Below are positions 52,358-62,773 of a stretch of DNA of 64,000 nt, piece by piece. The position numbers and the translations under genes are program-made. Source of the stretch: an uncultured Verrucomicrobiae bacterium (GTDB lineage Bacteria > Verrucomicrobiota > Verrucomicrobiia > Limisphaerales > UBA11358). The notes under the pieces are model-generated. The model did not search any database. It was not told where the DNA came from and was given only the letters and a program-made list of their open reading frames with translations. Location: NCBI GenBank assembly GCA_963744965.1, contig CAVUVT010000007.1, positions 16,642-80,641 of the forward strand, given 5' to 3'. Positions within the stretch are counted from its first letter, which is position 1. Every line of letters starts with the position of its first letter.

Positions 52358-52930
52358 ATGCGCATCACCGGCGGCAACGCAGCGCGGCGGATTTTGAAAA
52401 CGCCGAAAGGTCTGGCTGTGCGTCCCACGCCCGACCTCGTCAAACAGGCGGTCTTCAACAGCCTGGGCGCGCGGGTGGCGGGCGCGCGCGTGCTGGAACT
52501 TTTTGCCGGCACGGGCGCGTTGAGCCTGGATTCCCTGAGCCGCGGCGCGGCGTCGGCGCTGTGCATCGAGAAGTCGCCCAAACACGCGGAGTTCATCCGC
52601 GCCAATGCCCGCACCGCCGGCCTGGATCCGGCGCTGGAAGTGCGCGTGCAGGACGTGTTCACCGCGCTGGCGCAATCCGCCGAAAGCGGGCGGCAATTTG
52701 ATTTGATTCTGGCCGACCCGCCTTACGGCGAAAAAAACATAGGCCGCCGCTCAACTTCCTTCGCGCAGCAACTCCTCGACGACCCCCATTTGCCGAAGCT
52801 GCTCGCGCCCGGCGGACGGTTCGTTCTCGGCCACACGAAACGTGACACACTGGATATCATTGTTCCCTGGAAAGAAGTGAAATTGCTCAAGCATGGCGAC
52901 AGCCTGATGCGGTTTTTCGAGCGCGGTTGA
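52358..52930 (+). CDS. rsmD: 16S rRNA m2G966 methyltransferase family
   Basis: MRITGG, RPTPD, LELFAGTGAL, ADPPY. Confidence 0.9.
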   Translation: MRITGGNAARRILKTPKGLAVRPTPDLVKQAVFNSLGARVAGARVLELFAGTGALSLDSLSRGAASALCIEKSPKHAEFIRANARTAGLDPALEVRVQDVFTALAQSAESGRQFDLILADPPYGEKNIGRRSTSFAQQLLDDPHLPKLLAPGGRFVLGHTKRDTLDIIVPWKEVKLLKHGDSLMRFFERG

Positions 52931-52935
52931 AATGA

Positions 52936-52996
52936 TTTGGGAGTGCGCCGACATGTCGGCGCTTTGAAAAGCGGTGACACGTCACCGCAATCCAAA
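52936..52996. repeat. REP doublet between convergent genes
   Basis: GCGCCGACATGTCGGCGC and GCGGTGACACGTCACCGC palindromes with TTTGG/CCAAA ends. Confidence 0.7.
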
Positions 52997-52997
52997 A

Positions 52998-54167
52998 TCA
53001 AGCTGTCGCCTTCTTGACCGCTTCGCGAATCGTTTTCCTGAATTTCTCGATGCCCTGGTCGAACGCGGCGGAAATCGGCAGCAGAGAGACTTTTTTGATT
53101 TTCTTTTTGAACTGCTTCAAATTCTTTTCGGCCACCGCCTCGTCCATTTTATTGGCCACCACGAGCCGGGACTTTTCGAGCAACGCCGGATCGTACAGCT
53201 CCAGTTCCTTGAGCAATTGTTTGTAATCGTCCCATGGCGCACGATTGTCCGTGCCCGCCATGTCGAGCAGCAGCACCAGGATTTTGCAGCGCTCGATGTG
53301 GCGCAGAAACGCGTGGCCGAGGCCGACGTTGCGATGCGCGCCCTCAATCAGGCCTGGCACGTCGCAAACCGTGAGCCGCTGCCAGTCGGGATATTCCACA
53401 ATGCCGATCTGCGGATGCAGCGTGGTGAACGGATACGGCGCAACTTTTGGCCGTGCCTTGGAAATGGCGGTGAGCAGCGTGGACTTGCCCGCGTTCGGAT
53501 AGCCGACCAGCCCGACTTCGGCCATGATGCGCAGCTCGAAAAGATAATCGCCTTTCTCGCCCGGCTCGCCCGGCTGGGCGAAACGCGGCGTCTGGCGCGC
53601 CGCCGTCGCAAAATTCCGGTTGCCCAATCCGCCCCGCCCGCCTTTGCAAAGCACGAATTGTTGCCCGTTTTCAGTGAGATCGGCGACGAGCTCGTCCTTT
53701 TCCAGATTGCCTGCGGAAAATTCCCCGGCGTCTTCCTTGCTCAAATCAATTTCCTGCGCCTGCCCGCCGCTGGCACTGCGTATCAATGGCCTTTTGCTCG
53801 CGCTGGTTGCGAACATCGGTTTTTCATTTTCGTCATCGCTATTTTCTTTTTCAACCGGCCGGTCGCCGCCCGCAATCCGCCAGACCAGCGTGCCGCACGG
53901 CACTTTGACAACGAGGTCCTTGCCCGCGTGGCCATCCATGCCCTTGCCGAAGCCCGGTTCGCCGGCCTCGGCGATGAGGCGCGGCTGATAATACTGGGCG
54001 ATGAGGTTGTTGAGATCGTGGTCGGCCTGCAAAATCACGCTGCCGCCGCGCCCGCCGTTGCCGCCGCTCGGCCCGCCCTTAGCGACATAAGCTTCGCGAT
54101 GGAATGCAATGCAGCCTTTGCCGCCATGCCCCGCCCGCGCGTAGATTTTTATTTCGTCAACAAACAT
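52998..54167 (-). CDS. obgE: GTPase Obg
   Basis: MFVDEI, Gly-rich Obg domain, GYPNAGKST, YPFTT, DVPG, NKMD. Confidence 0.97.
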   Translation of the reverse strand: MFVDEIKIYARAGHGGKGCIAFHREAYVAKGGPSGGNGGRGGSVILQADHDLNNLIAQYYQPRLIAEAGEPGFGKGMDGHAGKDLVVKVPCGTLVWRIAGGDRPVEKENSDDENEKPMFATSASKRPLIRSASGGQAQEIDLSKEDAGEFSAGNLEKDELVADLTENGQQFVLCKGGRGGLGNRNFATAARQTPRFAQPGEPGEKGDYLFELRIMAEVGLVGYPNAGKSTLLTAISKARPKVAPYPFTTLHPQIGIVEYPDWQRLTVCDVPGLIEGAHRNVGLGHAFLRHIERCKILVLLLDMAGTDNRAPWDDYKQLLKELELYDPALLEKSRLVVANKMDEAVAEKNLKQFKKKIKKVSLLPISAAFDQGIEKFRKTIREAVKKATA

Positions 54168-54235
54168 GAGCCAGATTCAGGTGTAATGTCGGCGCTGTGC
54201 GCCGATATATCGAGCCGCAGGCTCGACGCTACAAT

Positions 54236-54262
54236 AAAAAAGGCGAGGCGCATGGCCTCGCC
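54236..54262 (-). terminator. Intrinsic terminator after rpmA
   Basis: GGCGAGGC-GCATG-GCCTCGCC stem followed by T6 on the minus strand. Confidence 0.7.
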
Positions 54263-54282
54263 GTAAAATTCATTCGCGCCGG

Positions 54283-54543
54283 TTAATTCTTCGCGGCGGG
54301 TTCGGCCTTCACGTTCACGCGCCGGCCATTTTTGTCGAAGGCGATTTTGCCGTCCACCAGCGCGAAAAGCGTCCAATCGCGGCCCGTGCCGACGTTTTCG
54401 CCCGCGACAAACTTGGTGCCGCGCTGCCGGACGATGATGCTGCCGGCGGTGACGGATTCACCGCCAAAGGTTTTCACGCCCAGCCGTTTGCTGACGCTGT
54501 CACGACCGTTGCGGACGCTGCCTTGACCTTTCTTGTGTGCCAT
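54283..54543 (-). CDS. rpmA: 50S ribosomal protein L27
   Basis: [25 protein letters not shown]. Confidence 0.98.
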   Translation of the reverse strand: MAHKKGQGSVRNGRDSVSKRLGVKTFGGESVTAGSIIVRQRGTKFVAGENVGTGRDWTLFALVDGKIAFDKNGRRVNVKAEPAAKN

Positions 54544-54547
54544 AAAA

Positions 54548-54859
54548 TCAGCCTTTGATCTCTTTGATTTTCACCACCGTCAATTCCTGACGATGACCGA
54601 TGGTTTTGTGATAGCCCTTGCGGCGTTTCATCTTGAAAGTGAGTTTTTTCTCGCCGCGCTTGTGCGCCACCACGTCGGCCAGCACGCTGGCCCCGCTAAC
54701 CGTGGGCGTGCCCACCGCCAGCTTGCCATCGCGATTGACCAGCAACACGCGGTCAAACGTGAACGGTTTGCCGGCCTCGACGGCCAGACGTTCGATTTCC
54801 AGCGTGTCGCCCGCGGCGACCCGATACTGTTTGCTTCCGGTTTCTAAAACGGCGTACAT
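54548..54859 (-). CDS. rplU: 50S ribosomal protein L21
   Basis: [24 protein letters not shown]. Confidence 0.97.
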   Translation of the reverse strand: MYAVLETGSKQYRVAAGDTLEIERLAVEAGKPFTFDRVLLVNRDGKLAVGTPTVSGASVLADVVAHKRGEKKLTFKMKRRKGYHKTIGHRQELTVVKIKEIKG

Positions 54860-54991
54860 AAATTAACCCGCAAAGGGTCGGGCATTAAGCCAGAACCGCG
54901 CCGGGCTGTCAACGCCGGATTTATTTGAAAATCGCATGATTCGCGAGGGAACCCGTTCCGACGTAACCCACTATGAATCATGCTAAAAAAC

Positions 54992-55050
54992 AAGTATTTA
55001 TTGTTTATCAATAAAAAATACTTGACTAACGGAATTGATGGATGTATTCT
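54992..55050 (+). promoter_or_regulatory. Sigma70-like promoter with an adjacent inverted-repeat operator
   Basis: TTGACT(55022)-17 bp-TATTCT(55045); TTTATTG-N5-CAATAAA at 54997-55015. Confidence 0.6.
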
Positions 55051-55057
55051 TTGCGCC

Positions 55058-55588
55058 ATGAATTCGAACGAAATGGTTCCAGAGACAAGCCGGCGGTTAA
55101 ATCGAGTCCGAACAGTCATTTGGGTAATCAAAATACTAATCGGTTTGGCCGTTGTTTGCGTCGTGGTGTTTAATTTAATTTTCCTGTCCAGTCTCGTTGG
55201 CTGGACTGACATTTCGCCAAGAAGCATATCATGGCCACCCTTTTCATCATATTCTTCAGCGCGCACCATCCCATCGCCTCTCCTGATATTGGGATTTATC
55301 AGGGTCGGATTATTTTTTGCTGGTGCTTTAGTCTTAAGCAGGCTGCTTCGGTTTTTTGCGAGCGGGAGTTTTTTCACCGCTAAAAATATCAATTGTATCA
55401 AATGGCTTGGTTGTTTGGTTGTCAGTGATTGGGTGATTGTAAAATTTCTACAGGTGATTGGTTCAAGAGCGCTGATGATTGGTTTTGACGACTTTGCCAA
55501 ACTGGCAATCGGATTTCTGGTTGTTTTGATCGCTTGGATCATGGACGAAGGCCGGAAAATTCAGGAGGAACAGGAATTGACCGTTTAA
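55058..55588 (+). CDS. DUF2975-like membrane protein 1
   Basis: Four TM segments, FFTAKNI..IKWLG, ends GRKIQEEQELTV. Confidence 0.8.
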   Translation: MNSNEMVPETSRRLNRVRTVIWVIKILIGLAVVCVVVFNLIFLSSLVGWTDISPRSISWPPFSSYSSARTIPSPLLILGFIRVGLFFAGALVLSRLLRFFASGSFFTAKNINCIKWLGCLVVSDWVIVKFLQVIGSRALMIGFDDFAKLAIGFLVVLIAWIMDEGRKIQEEQELTV

Positions 55589-55610
55589 CCAAACTACCTT
55601 TTCAATATTT

Positions 55611-56141
55611 ATGAATGCGAATGACATTTCCCCCATGGCCAGTGCGCGGCTGGAGCAAATCCAGAACCGGAGCCGGATCTTTAAAACGACCTTCCTGACG
55701 GCGGCCATCGTTCTTGGAATCTTTGCGATCATTTCACTGGTGGCGATGATGTCATTGGGCAAAGGACACCCAGATGTCCTGCAAGTTCTCCTCCCCGGAC
55801 TCAAATACGTTGGTTGGGCCGTGACCAGTTGGTTTGCCTACTGGCTGTTCTCCGCCTACGCCGGCAGCGGCCTGTTTGCCCCGGCGGTCGTCCAGCGCAT
55901 CCGCCACTTGGGTATCTGCATAGTGCTGGTAGGCATCTGCAACGGCGGCGTCGCCCTCTTGGTGACTTTGCTGGCCTCTTATCAGGCAGCCGTTCCATTG
56001 GCCTTCAGCCTGATGGTTTCGGTGATGGTTGTTTGCATCCAAGTTTTCTTCAACGTGGTTCCGGGTCTCGCCATCATTTTTATCGCCAAGGTAATGGACG
56101 AAGGCCGGAAAATTCAGGAGGAACAGGAATTGACCGTTTAA
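55611..56141 (+). CDS. DUF2975-like membrane protein 2
   Basis: Four TM segments, LFAPAVVQRIRHLG, ends GRKIQEEQELTV. Confidence 0.8.
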   Translation: MNANDISPMASARLEQIQNRSRIFKTTFLTAAIVLGIFAIISLVAMMSLGKGHPDVLQVLLPGLKYVGWAVTSWFAYWLFSAYAGSGLFAPAVVQRIRHLGICIVLVGICNGGVALLVTLLASYQAAVPLAFSLMVSVMVVCIQVFFNVVPGLAIIFIAKVMDEGRKIQEEQELTV

Positions 56142-56170
56142 CTGCACTCGAAAATCAAACTTACCGCATT

Positions 56171-56644
56171 ATGAAAAACATACAGAACAAAACCAGAATC
56201 ATCAAAGTCAGCAAGGTTTTACGAACCATTCTGCGCATCGGCCTGATCCTGCAAACAATCGGCTTTGTGGGCCTCACCAGCATGATCCTGACCGCCTCCG
56301 CAACCGGACTAAAATCACCGGTGGTCTTTGAAAACTTCGTCGCGCTGGCCGGGCTGCCGTTCGCATTTCTGGTCACGTTGAATTTCTTCCGGCTGTTTGA
56401 CCGGCTCAAGGCGGGTCATCTATTTAATTCGCAAACGGTCAAGCTTCTGGAGACAGCGGGCAAATGGTGGATCGTGTTGGGCATCGTTCAGATTATTTGC
56501 GGCGCTCTCAAGGCCTGGCTCTTTTCGCCGGACGTGACCATCGCCTCCGGCAATGCAATCGTTGGCGGACTGGCCGTGTATTTTATCGCCTGGCTCTTTC
56601 GTGAAGCGCAGGAACTGCAAGAGGAACAGGAATTGACCGTTTAA
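56171..56644 (+). CDS. DUF2975-like membrane protein 3
   Basis: Four TM segments, LFNSQTVKLL, ends ELQEEQELTV. Confidence 0.8.
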   Translation: MKNIQNKTRIIKVSKVLRTILRIGLILQTIGFVGLTSMILTASATGLKSPVVFENFVALAGLPFAFLVTLNFFRLFDRLKAGHLFNSQTVKLLETAGKWWIVLGIVQIICGALKAWLFSPDVTIASGNAIVGGLAVYFIAWLFREAQELQEEQELTV

Positions 56645-56648
56645 GCTT

Positions 56649-56885
56649 ATGCCCATCATCGTCAATTTGGATGTGGTTCTCGCCCAGCGCAAAATGCGGC
56701 TGAACGATCTGGCCGCCGCCGTGGACATCACGCCGCAAAATCTGTCCATCCTCAAAACCGGCAAGGCCCGGGCCATCCGCTTCTCCACGCTCGAAGCCAT
56801 TTGCGCCCATCTTGAATGCCAGCCCGGCGAGATTTTGGAATATCGTTCGGAAACCGAGAAAAAGAAGCTGCCCGTTCGGGCCTAA
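56649..56885 (+). CDS. Cro/C1-type HTH regulator (YozG-like)
   Basis: MPIIVNLDV..NLSILKTGKARAIRFSTLEAIC..CQPGEILEY. Confidence 0.92.
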   Translation: MPIIVNLDVVLAQRKMRLNDLAAAVDITPQNLSILKTGKARAIRFSTLEAICAHLECQPGEILEYRSETEKKKLPVRA

Positions 56886-57544
56886 GCCGGCGAATTCCGG
56901 CGTTCCTGCTGGCGCAACTCCCGTTCCCGACGCTTGATTTCGTCGCTGAGAAGCTCCTCCGCCGACCAGCCGTGAGCCTGCGCGAACGATGCCAGTTCAA
57001 AAAGTTCTTTTGCCAGTGCATCTTTGGTCACGCATCGCTTTGAATCGTGGCTTTCCGCAAGGACTTTGGCTTTGCGGGCCTTTTTCACGAGCTTCTCGGC
57101 GCGGAGCAGCGCGGGCAGGTGTTTCGGAATGCCGTCCAGTACCGAGTGCCGGGCGTGTTTCGTTCCGTGCTTTTCCGCCTTTTTGATTTTTTCCCAGTTG
57201 GCCCAGACTTCGGCCACGTCTTTGACCTTGGTTTTCCCAAAAACGTGCGGATGACGGCGCACCAGCTTCTCCACGATCAGCCGGCAGACCTTCTCAAAAT
57301 CAAACGCACCCCGCTCCTTCGCCAACTGGCAATGGAAGACAATTTGCAGCAGCAAATCGCCGAGTTCCTCCGCCATTTCGTGGTCATCTTCCGCTTCGAT
57401 GGCGTCAATCAATTCATAGACTTCCTCAACGGCATGGCGACGCAGCGTCCGGTGGCTCTGCTCGCGGTCCCACGGACAACCGGTGGGCGAGCGCAGCCGG
57501 GCCATGACTTTGAGCAGGTCGTTGATCGCTGATTTGCTTTTCAT
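56882..57544 (-). CDS. mazG: MazG family nucleoside triphosphate pyrophosphohydrolase
   Basis: GCPWDREQ, EEVYE, EELGDLLLQ, RRHPHVF. Confidence 0.9.
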   Translation of the reverse strand: MKSKSAINDLLKVMARLRSPTGCPWDREQSHRTLRRHAVEEVYELIDAIEAEDDHEMAEELGDLLLQIVFHCQLAKERGAFDFEKVCRLIVEKLVRRHPHVFGKTKVKDVAEVWANWEKIKKAEKHGTKHARHSVLDGIPKHLPALLRAEKLVKKARKAKVLAESHDSKRCVTKDALAKELFELASFAQAHGWSAEELLSDEIKRRERELRQQERRNSPA

Positions 57545-57664
57545 TTTGAATTAACCGCCAAGTCGCCAAGGTCGCCAAGAAAAACTCAAATCAAGAAACG
57601 GATTTCCCGCCTTCCTGTTTCTTCATCAACAAATCCGCCGTGGCGTTCTTGGCGTCTTGGCGGT

Positions 57665-58741
57665 TCACAAAATCACCAGGTCGTCGCGATGCACCACTTC
57701 GACCCGCGCCAGTTTCCGGCCGCGCACTTCGGCGGCGCCGAACTTTGCGATGCCGCGCGCGAATTCCGTCCCGTCCAGGTCGCAAATCCGAACCACGTCG
57801 CCCGCAGCGAATTCCCCTTCACATCGCGCCACGCCCGGAGGCAGCAGGCTCCTGCCCTTTTCGCGCAAGGCCAGCTTCGCGCCGTCGTCCACGAACAACG
57901 CGCCCTGGGGATGATGGAAAAACGCAATCCAGCGTTTGCGGCCCCGCAGCTTCGCGGGGTGCGCGACGAACAGCGTGCCTTCGTCTTCGCCGCCGAGAAT
58001 TTTGGCGAGCACCTGCTTCTTTTTGCCCGACGCGATGACGAGCGGAATGCCGGAACGCACGGCGATCTTGGCCGCCTGGATTTTCGAGGCCATGCCGCCC
58101 ACGGCGGTGTCGCTGTCCGTGCCGCCGGCGAGTTTTTCAATCGTCGAATCAATTTTTTCGATGACGGAAATCGTTTTCGGATTGGCCTTGCTGAAATTTT
58201 CGATGACGCCGTCCACCGTGGTTAAAATGACGAGCAGGTCGGCCGGCAGCAGCGCCGCCACCAGCGCGGACAAGGTGTCGTTGTCGCCGAATTTGATTTC
58301 GGTGAACGACACGGCGTCGTTTTCATTGATGATGGGCACGACGCCGCGGTCGAGCAGCGTAACGAGGGTGTTGCGCGCGTTGAGATGGCGCTCGTGATGT
58401 TCGAGATCGTCGTGCGTGAGCAAAACCTGCGCGACGTGCAGACCGTGCCGGGCGAACAAATCGGCATAGGTGGCCATGAGGCGCGACTGGCCGACGGCGG
58501 CGCACGCCTGCAATTCGGCGAGGTCGCCGGGACGTTTTTCATAACCCAGCGCGCCCATGCCCGCGCCGACAGCGCCGGAGGTGACGAGCACGATTTCCTT
58601 GCCGGATTTTCGCAACGCGGCGACCTGCGCGACGAGCTGTTCCAACTGCGCCGGGTCGGGCTGCTTGCGGCTGTCGGTGAGCACGCCGGTGCCGAGTTTC
58701 ACGACAACACAGGCGGCGGCTTTGACGGATTCACGATGCAC
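57665..58741 (-). CDS. proB: Glutamate 5-kinase
   Basis: VVKLGT, TSGAVG, INENDAV, GDNDTL, GGMASK, PUA domain. Confidence 0.96.
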   Translation of the reverse strand: MHRESVKAAACVVVKLGTGVLTDSRKQPDPAQLEQLVAQVAALRKSGKEIVLVTSGAVGAGMGALGYEKRPGDLAELQACAAVGQSRLMATYADLFARHGLHVAQVLLTHDDLEHHERHLNARNTLVTLLDRGVVPIINENDAVSFTEIKFGDNDTLSALVAALLPADLLVILTTVDGVIENFSKANPKTISVIEKIDSTIEKLAGGTDSDTAVGGMASKIQAAKIAVRSGIPLVIASGKKKQVLAKILGGEDEGTLFVAHPAKLRGRKRWIAFFHHPQGALFVDDGAKLALREKGRSLLPPGVARCEGEFAAGDVVRICDLDGTEFARGIAKFGAAEVRGRKLARVEVVHRDDLVIL

Positions 58742-58822
58742 GCGGTGAAATTAGAAGAAAATTCCCGCGTGGAAAATGTTAAAATGAGAGCCTGTTCCGA
58801 CTGCTATCCGACCGCGAAAACA

Positions 58823-58985
58823 CTCGTTAACACCGGGCTTCAGCCCGGTGGCGGATGACGGAAGAGCGATGTTGAGCCGTTTCAACGGCTTTATTGGCGA
58901 GCGGACATCATATGGCAAAAAAACGGTTGAAACCGTTTTCCTGTTCCCATCAACGAGGCACCCGGTTGAAGCCGGGTGTTAATGA
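58823..58985. repeat. Non-autonomous REPIN/MITE-like element, family A
   Basis: GTTAACACCGGGCTTCAGCCCGGTG, inner palindromes, CACCCGGTTGAAGCCGGGTGTTAATGA. Confidence 0.85.
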
Positions 58986-58996
58986 AAGGCATCACT

Positions 58997-59674
58997 TTAA
59001 TTCCCGTGCAAGCCGGGCCTGGGCAGTTCCACCAACGATCCAAAGAAATCCCCCCCGCGCAACGCGACGAGCACCGCCAAACCCGCCAGATCGGCCTGGG
59101 ACTTCACATTTTTCATCACGCAGTTTTCGAGGCCGATTTTTTGCGTGCGGTTGTGGCGCTGGTCTTTCAGGTCAATGAACTTCATCGTGCCGACCGAGAC
59201 ATTCAACACGTCAATGGACTGGAACTCGAAGCCGGTCTGTTTCTTGAAATCCGCCGCGCCATTGCCGCCACCGGCTTTTTTCGGCGGCCAGGCGGCCCCG
59301 AGTGAATAAATATTCGTGCGTCCGGCCTCGTTTTTCACGATGTCGAGTTCCCCCAGGTTGAAGCGCAGGAGCGTGAGGTGAATCTCATGTCTCGCGAGGG
59401 CGGCGCGGTCATATTCGGCGTGAATTTCCGGAATGTCGAGAAACGGCGTGCCGCCAAAATCCGGCGGGTTGTAGAGTTTCAGGTTCTGGATCGTCACCGT
59501 CGGCTCGGTGAGGCCGACCGAAAATCTTCCAATCTCCGCGTCCATGCCGGTCTGGGCGCGGATGCGATGTTCAACATAAACCCGGAGTATCGAATTGAAC
59601 GACAGCAGCAGGATGACAATCGCCACGGCCGCCAAAAGAACCAGCCGGAACAACCATTTAAAAAGCCACTTCAT
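58997..59674 (-). CDS. AsmA-like membrane-anchored protein
   Basis: N-terminal TM; LYNPPDF and beta-rich pattern typical of AsmA/DUF748 N-termini. Confidence 0.6.
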   Translation of the reverse strand: MKWLFKWLFRLVLLAAVAIVILLLSFNSILRVYVEHRIRAQTGMDAEIGRFSVGLTEPTVTIQNLKLYNPPDFGGTPFLDIPEIHAEYDRAALARHEIHLTLLRFNLGELDIVKNEAGRTNIYSLGAAWPPKKAGGGNGAADFKKQTGFEFQSIDVLNVSVGTMKFIDLKDQRHNRTQKIGLENCVMKNVKSQADLAGLAVLVALRGGDFFGSLVELPRPGLHGN

Positions 59675-59746
59675 TTTTATTCGGATTTACGATTTACGCA
59701 ATGCGCCCAAATTGTGAAACAAATCGTAAATCGTAAATCATAAATC

Positions 59747-60355
59747 TTAAATGGCGACGTCCTCCGGCCGCACTTCGAGGCATTCGTCCTGGTCCTCCCA
59801 AATGACGGCGGGATAAAGATTCAGCAGCTTCGGCGCGAGTTCGCGGCCCGCGCGCGTGAGCAAACGCTCGGCTTCCTCCGCCGCGTTTTCATAGGCGCGG
59901 TCGTAATCACTCGCGCGCCGGCGCTGGTGATCGTCCCAATGCGCGACGGCATGGACGGGTTCATATTGTTGCGCCCAGGCCTCGAGTTCAGCGCGGACGT
60001 CAGTGGAAATTTCGTCGAACGTCACCAGTGTTTCGTTGCAATGCTGGCAGATCAAACCCGACTCGCGCACGTCGCGCGTGAGCAGCGGCAAAAACGGGGC
60101 GCGGCAGCACGGCGATTCCGCATAAGCCGCCGGCGGCGTGGCCAGCCGCTTGAACCAGACCTGCCGGTCGTGCGCGAGCTGCGCCGCCAGCCGGTACGCG
60201 CCGACGAGCGGGTGCGAGAGCCGCCACGCCCGGCCTTCGAGCTGGCCGAGCGTTTGCGCCAGCCAGCGCCCGAGCGTGAGGTCGTCCCAGTCCTGAAACG
60301 CCCGGCCGTATCCCTTCCACAACGAGTCGAGCGGTGAATCCGATTCAAATGCCAT
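59747..60355 (-). CDS. Hypothetical protein with Cys pairs
   Basis: Host-like codon usage from MAFESDSPLD; SPCCRAP and CQHC. Confidence 0.65.
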   Translation of the reverse strand: MAFESDSPLDSLWKGYGRAFQDWDDLTLGRWLAQTLGQLEGRAWRLSHPLVGAYRLAAQLAHDRQVWFKRLATPPAAYAESPCCRAPFLPLLTRDVRESGLICQHCNETLVTFDEISTDVRAELEAWAQQYEPVHAVAHWDDHQRRRASDYDRAYENAAEEAERLLTRAGRELAPKLLNLYPAVIWEDQDECLEVRPEDVAI

Positions 60356-60484
60356 TGCCGGCAGGATGACGCGCGGAGGGAATTTTGTCGAGTGAGACGA
60401 TAACGCCGCCGGAGGATTCATGCGCCGCCCGCGCCCTTTCGACCGGGCATCCTGATACCACCCCGAGGGAGCATGGCGGAAAGT

Positions 60485-60557
60485 GGAGCGCCGATCTCCG
60501 AACCGGCACGAACGGGCGATTCCCGGCGAACCTTGCCGAACCGGAGTTCGGCGCTCC
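60485..60557. repeat. GGAG-type REP doublet
   Basis: GGAGCGCCGATCTCCG ... CGGAGTTCGGCGCTCC. Confidence 0.75.
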
Positions 60558-60634
60558 GGGGCAGTGTCAAGCTGCGCCCCTTTCAGCCGCCGTTTCACAT
60601 ATTTACATTGAAATACTTTTTGAGATTTGCTAAT

Positions 60635-62734
60635 ATGGCGCCTGTGGCAAAGCGAAAGACTGGCTGCTTATCATGGCACCGGCTGGGAAAAGTCCGGGTG
60701 GCCTGGTTGACGGCAGTGCTGATGGTTGTGCCTGGTTCGGGGAATATGCTTCACGCGGCTGATTTTGTCCTTTCCAGTGTCCCGTCCTCAAATGCGATCA
60801 CCGCTCTGCTGGATTATCAGGAAACGGATTACAGCGTCATCAACTGGGGCGTTTCCCTGACGACGCAAACAATTCCTTTCAGAAAAGAGCCGGCGGCGGC
60901 CCCGGGCAAAATCATCCGCGGCGTTTTGAATTTCGGTGGCGATTCCAGCAATTCAATTCCCTTTGTCTGGCAGCGCGACGCGGGAAAACTTTACCTCGAC
61001 CTCAATCGCAACCAGGATTTGACCGATGATCCCGAAGGGGCGTTCTCCGCCCGCGGGTTCAGGCCGACAAGTTACCAGACTTTCACCAACGTTCATCTGC
61101 TCTTCAACACCGCTTCCGGCAGGTGCCGGGTGCTGGCGGACATCAATTTCCAGGACTACGGTTCGCGGCCAGGTTGCGACCTTGCGGTGCGCTCGTTCTG
61201 GCAGGGCAAACTGACGTTGCAAGGGCGGGACTGGCAGGCGGGCCTCGTCCAAAATGTTTTGAACCCGTCGGGTTCATTCGAAAATAGCCGGTTGTTGCTG
61301 CGGTCCTGGGAAAAACGAAACGAGTCATTCAGCGCCTATAATAATTCGCCCGCCACCGTTCCCTTTTCGCGGAAAATTTTTATTGATGGCCACGCCTATC
61401 AACTGGATCTGGCGGCCAGACCGCCGGACGGCGAAGCCAGGCCCGCGCTCCAATTCACGGAACAATCCGTCCCGCTGGGCGAATTGAAAATCACCGGCAA
61501 TTTTATTCAGCGCCTGGTCTTGTCGGGCGGATCGCATCTCGTGGTGCTCGATCAACCGGCGGCCAGCGTGCAAGTTCCGACCGGCAGCTACAACCAATGC
61601 GACATCCTGCTGGAACAAAATGGCGCCAAGGCTTTTAACAATTCCAGCCAGTCGCAGGCTGGCCGTCGGATTTCCGTGGACGACAAGGCCCCGGCGGTGT
61701 TGAACGCGGGCGGACCGTTGACCAATTCCGTCATTGCCAGCCGCCACGGTCAGGATTTGCGCCTTGATTACCGCCTGGTTGGCGCGGGCGGCGAAACCTA
61801 CCAACTGGCGAATCAAAATCGCTCCCGGCCGCCGGAATTTGCCATTTACAAGGGCGACAAAAAAATTGCGTCCGGCAAATTTGAGTTTGGCTGAGGCGGC
61901 ACCTGTTCGCACTCATGGCGAGTGCCTCCCACTGCCGGCGGCAAACTGACCATCGTGGCCTCGTCCGACCTCGGCGCGCTGGGTTCCCGGGACGGTTTTC
62001 CGGTTGCCTACATCTGGGTGCTGCCCGGCATCGCCCCGCTGCTGCTGCCGTGGCTGGCCATTCTGGGGTTGCTCACCTTGAAGCCCAACCGGTGCGCGCG
62101 TGCCTGGTTGATCTGGCTGCCGCTCGGATGCGTGTTCGTGTTCACACTGGAACTTCTGCCCATCCTGCCGGCGGGAACAGATTTTTTCCTGGATGTCATC
62201 GCCGCGCTGGCCATTGGGCTGGCCGCCGTCTGGCTCCTGTCAAATCATCTGCGACAGCAACATCGCCTGCTCACGTTTCTGTGCCTTCTGCTCGCCCTGG
62301 CGGGGTTCAGCGTGCTGGCCGCGGCGTCAAGACAAGGCTGGAGCTTGATGACCATCGAATCGCTTCAAGTCGGGATTGTGCTGGCCGTCGGGGTTCTGGC
62401 CAGCGCAGTGGCATTGAGTCTTGGCGGATTGATCTGCCGCGGGCGCTACCGTCCGCTCGGACTTTATCCGTGGCTGCTCGTCTTGCTGGCCGTTGTCTGG
62501 CTGGTGATTGCCGCGCCCTTCTTTTTGATCGCGCTGATCGCTTCCGGCGGGAGGATTGCGTGGAGCGGGTTCTTTGTTCCCGTCCTCACGGTGGCGACGG
62601 TCAATTTCGCGACGCTGCTGCCGTTCCTGATTCTGTCATCCGCCAGTCCGTTTTTCCGCGAACGGCTCAAGGCGTTGCTGCATATGAAACCGGAGGCCCC
62701 GCCAGTGGTTGCGCCTTTGCTGAAGCCCAATTGA
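60635..62734 (+). CDS. Exported domain fused through an in-frame TGA (61892-61894, candidate Sec) to a multi-TM domain
   Basis: ORFs ending 61894 and starting 61922 share a frame: GKFEFG-*-GGTCSHSWRVPP; hairpin just downstream of the TGA. Confidence 0.7.
61895..61936 (+). promoter_or_regulatory. Candidate SECIS-like recoding hairpin 1
   Basis: GCACTC-ATGGC-GAGTGC at 61909-61925, 14 nt after the TGA; possible lower stem GGCGG/CTGCC. Confidence 0.65.
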
Positions 62735-62773
62735 AAACTTGAAATTGATGAATAAAAAACCAACCTCAACGTT

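Noticed and set aside
60356-60634. N-terminal extensions of ORFs 59747-60598 and 60473-61894
   Set aside because: They read through an intergenic REP; more plausible starts are 60355 (minus) and 60635 (plus).
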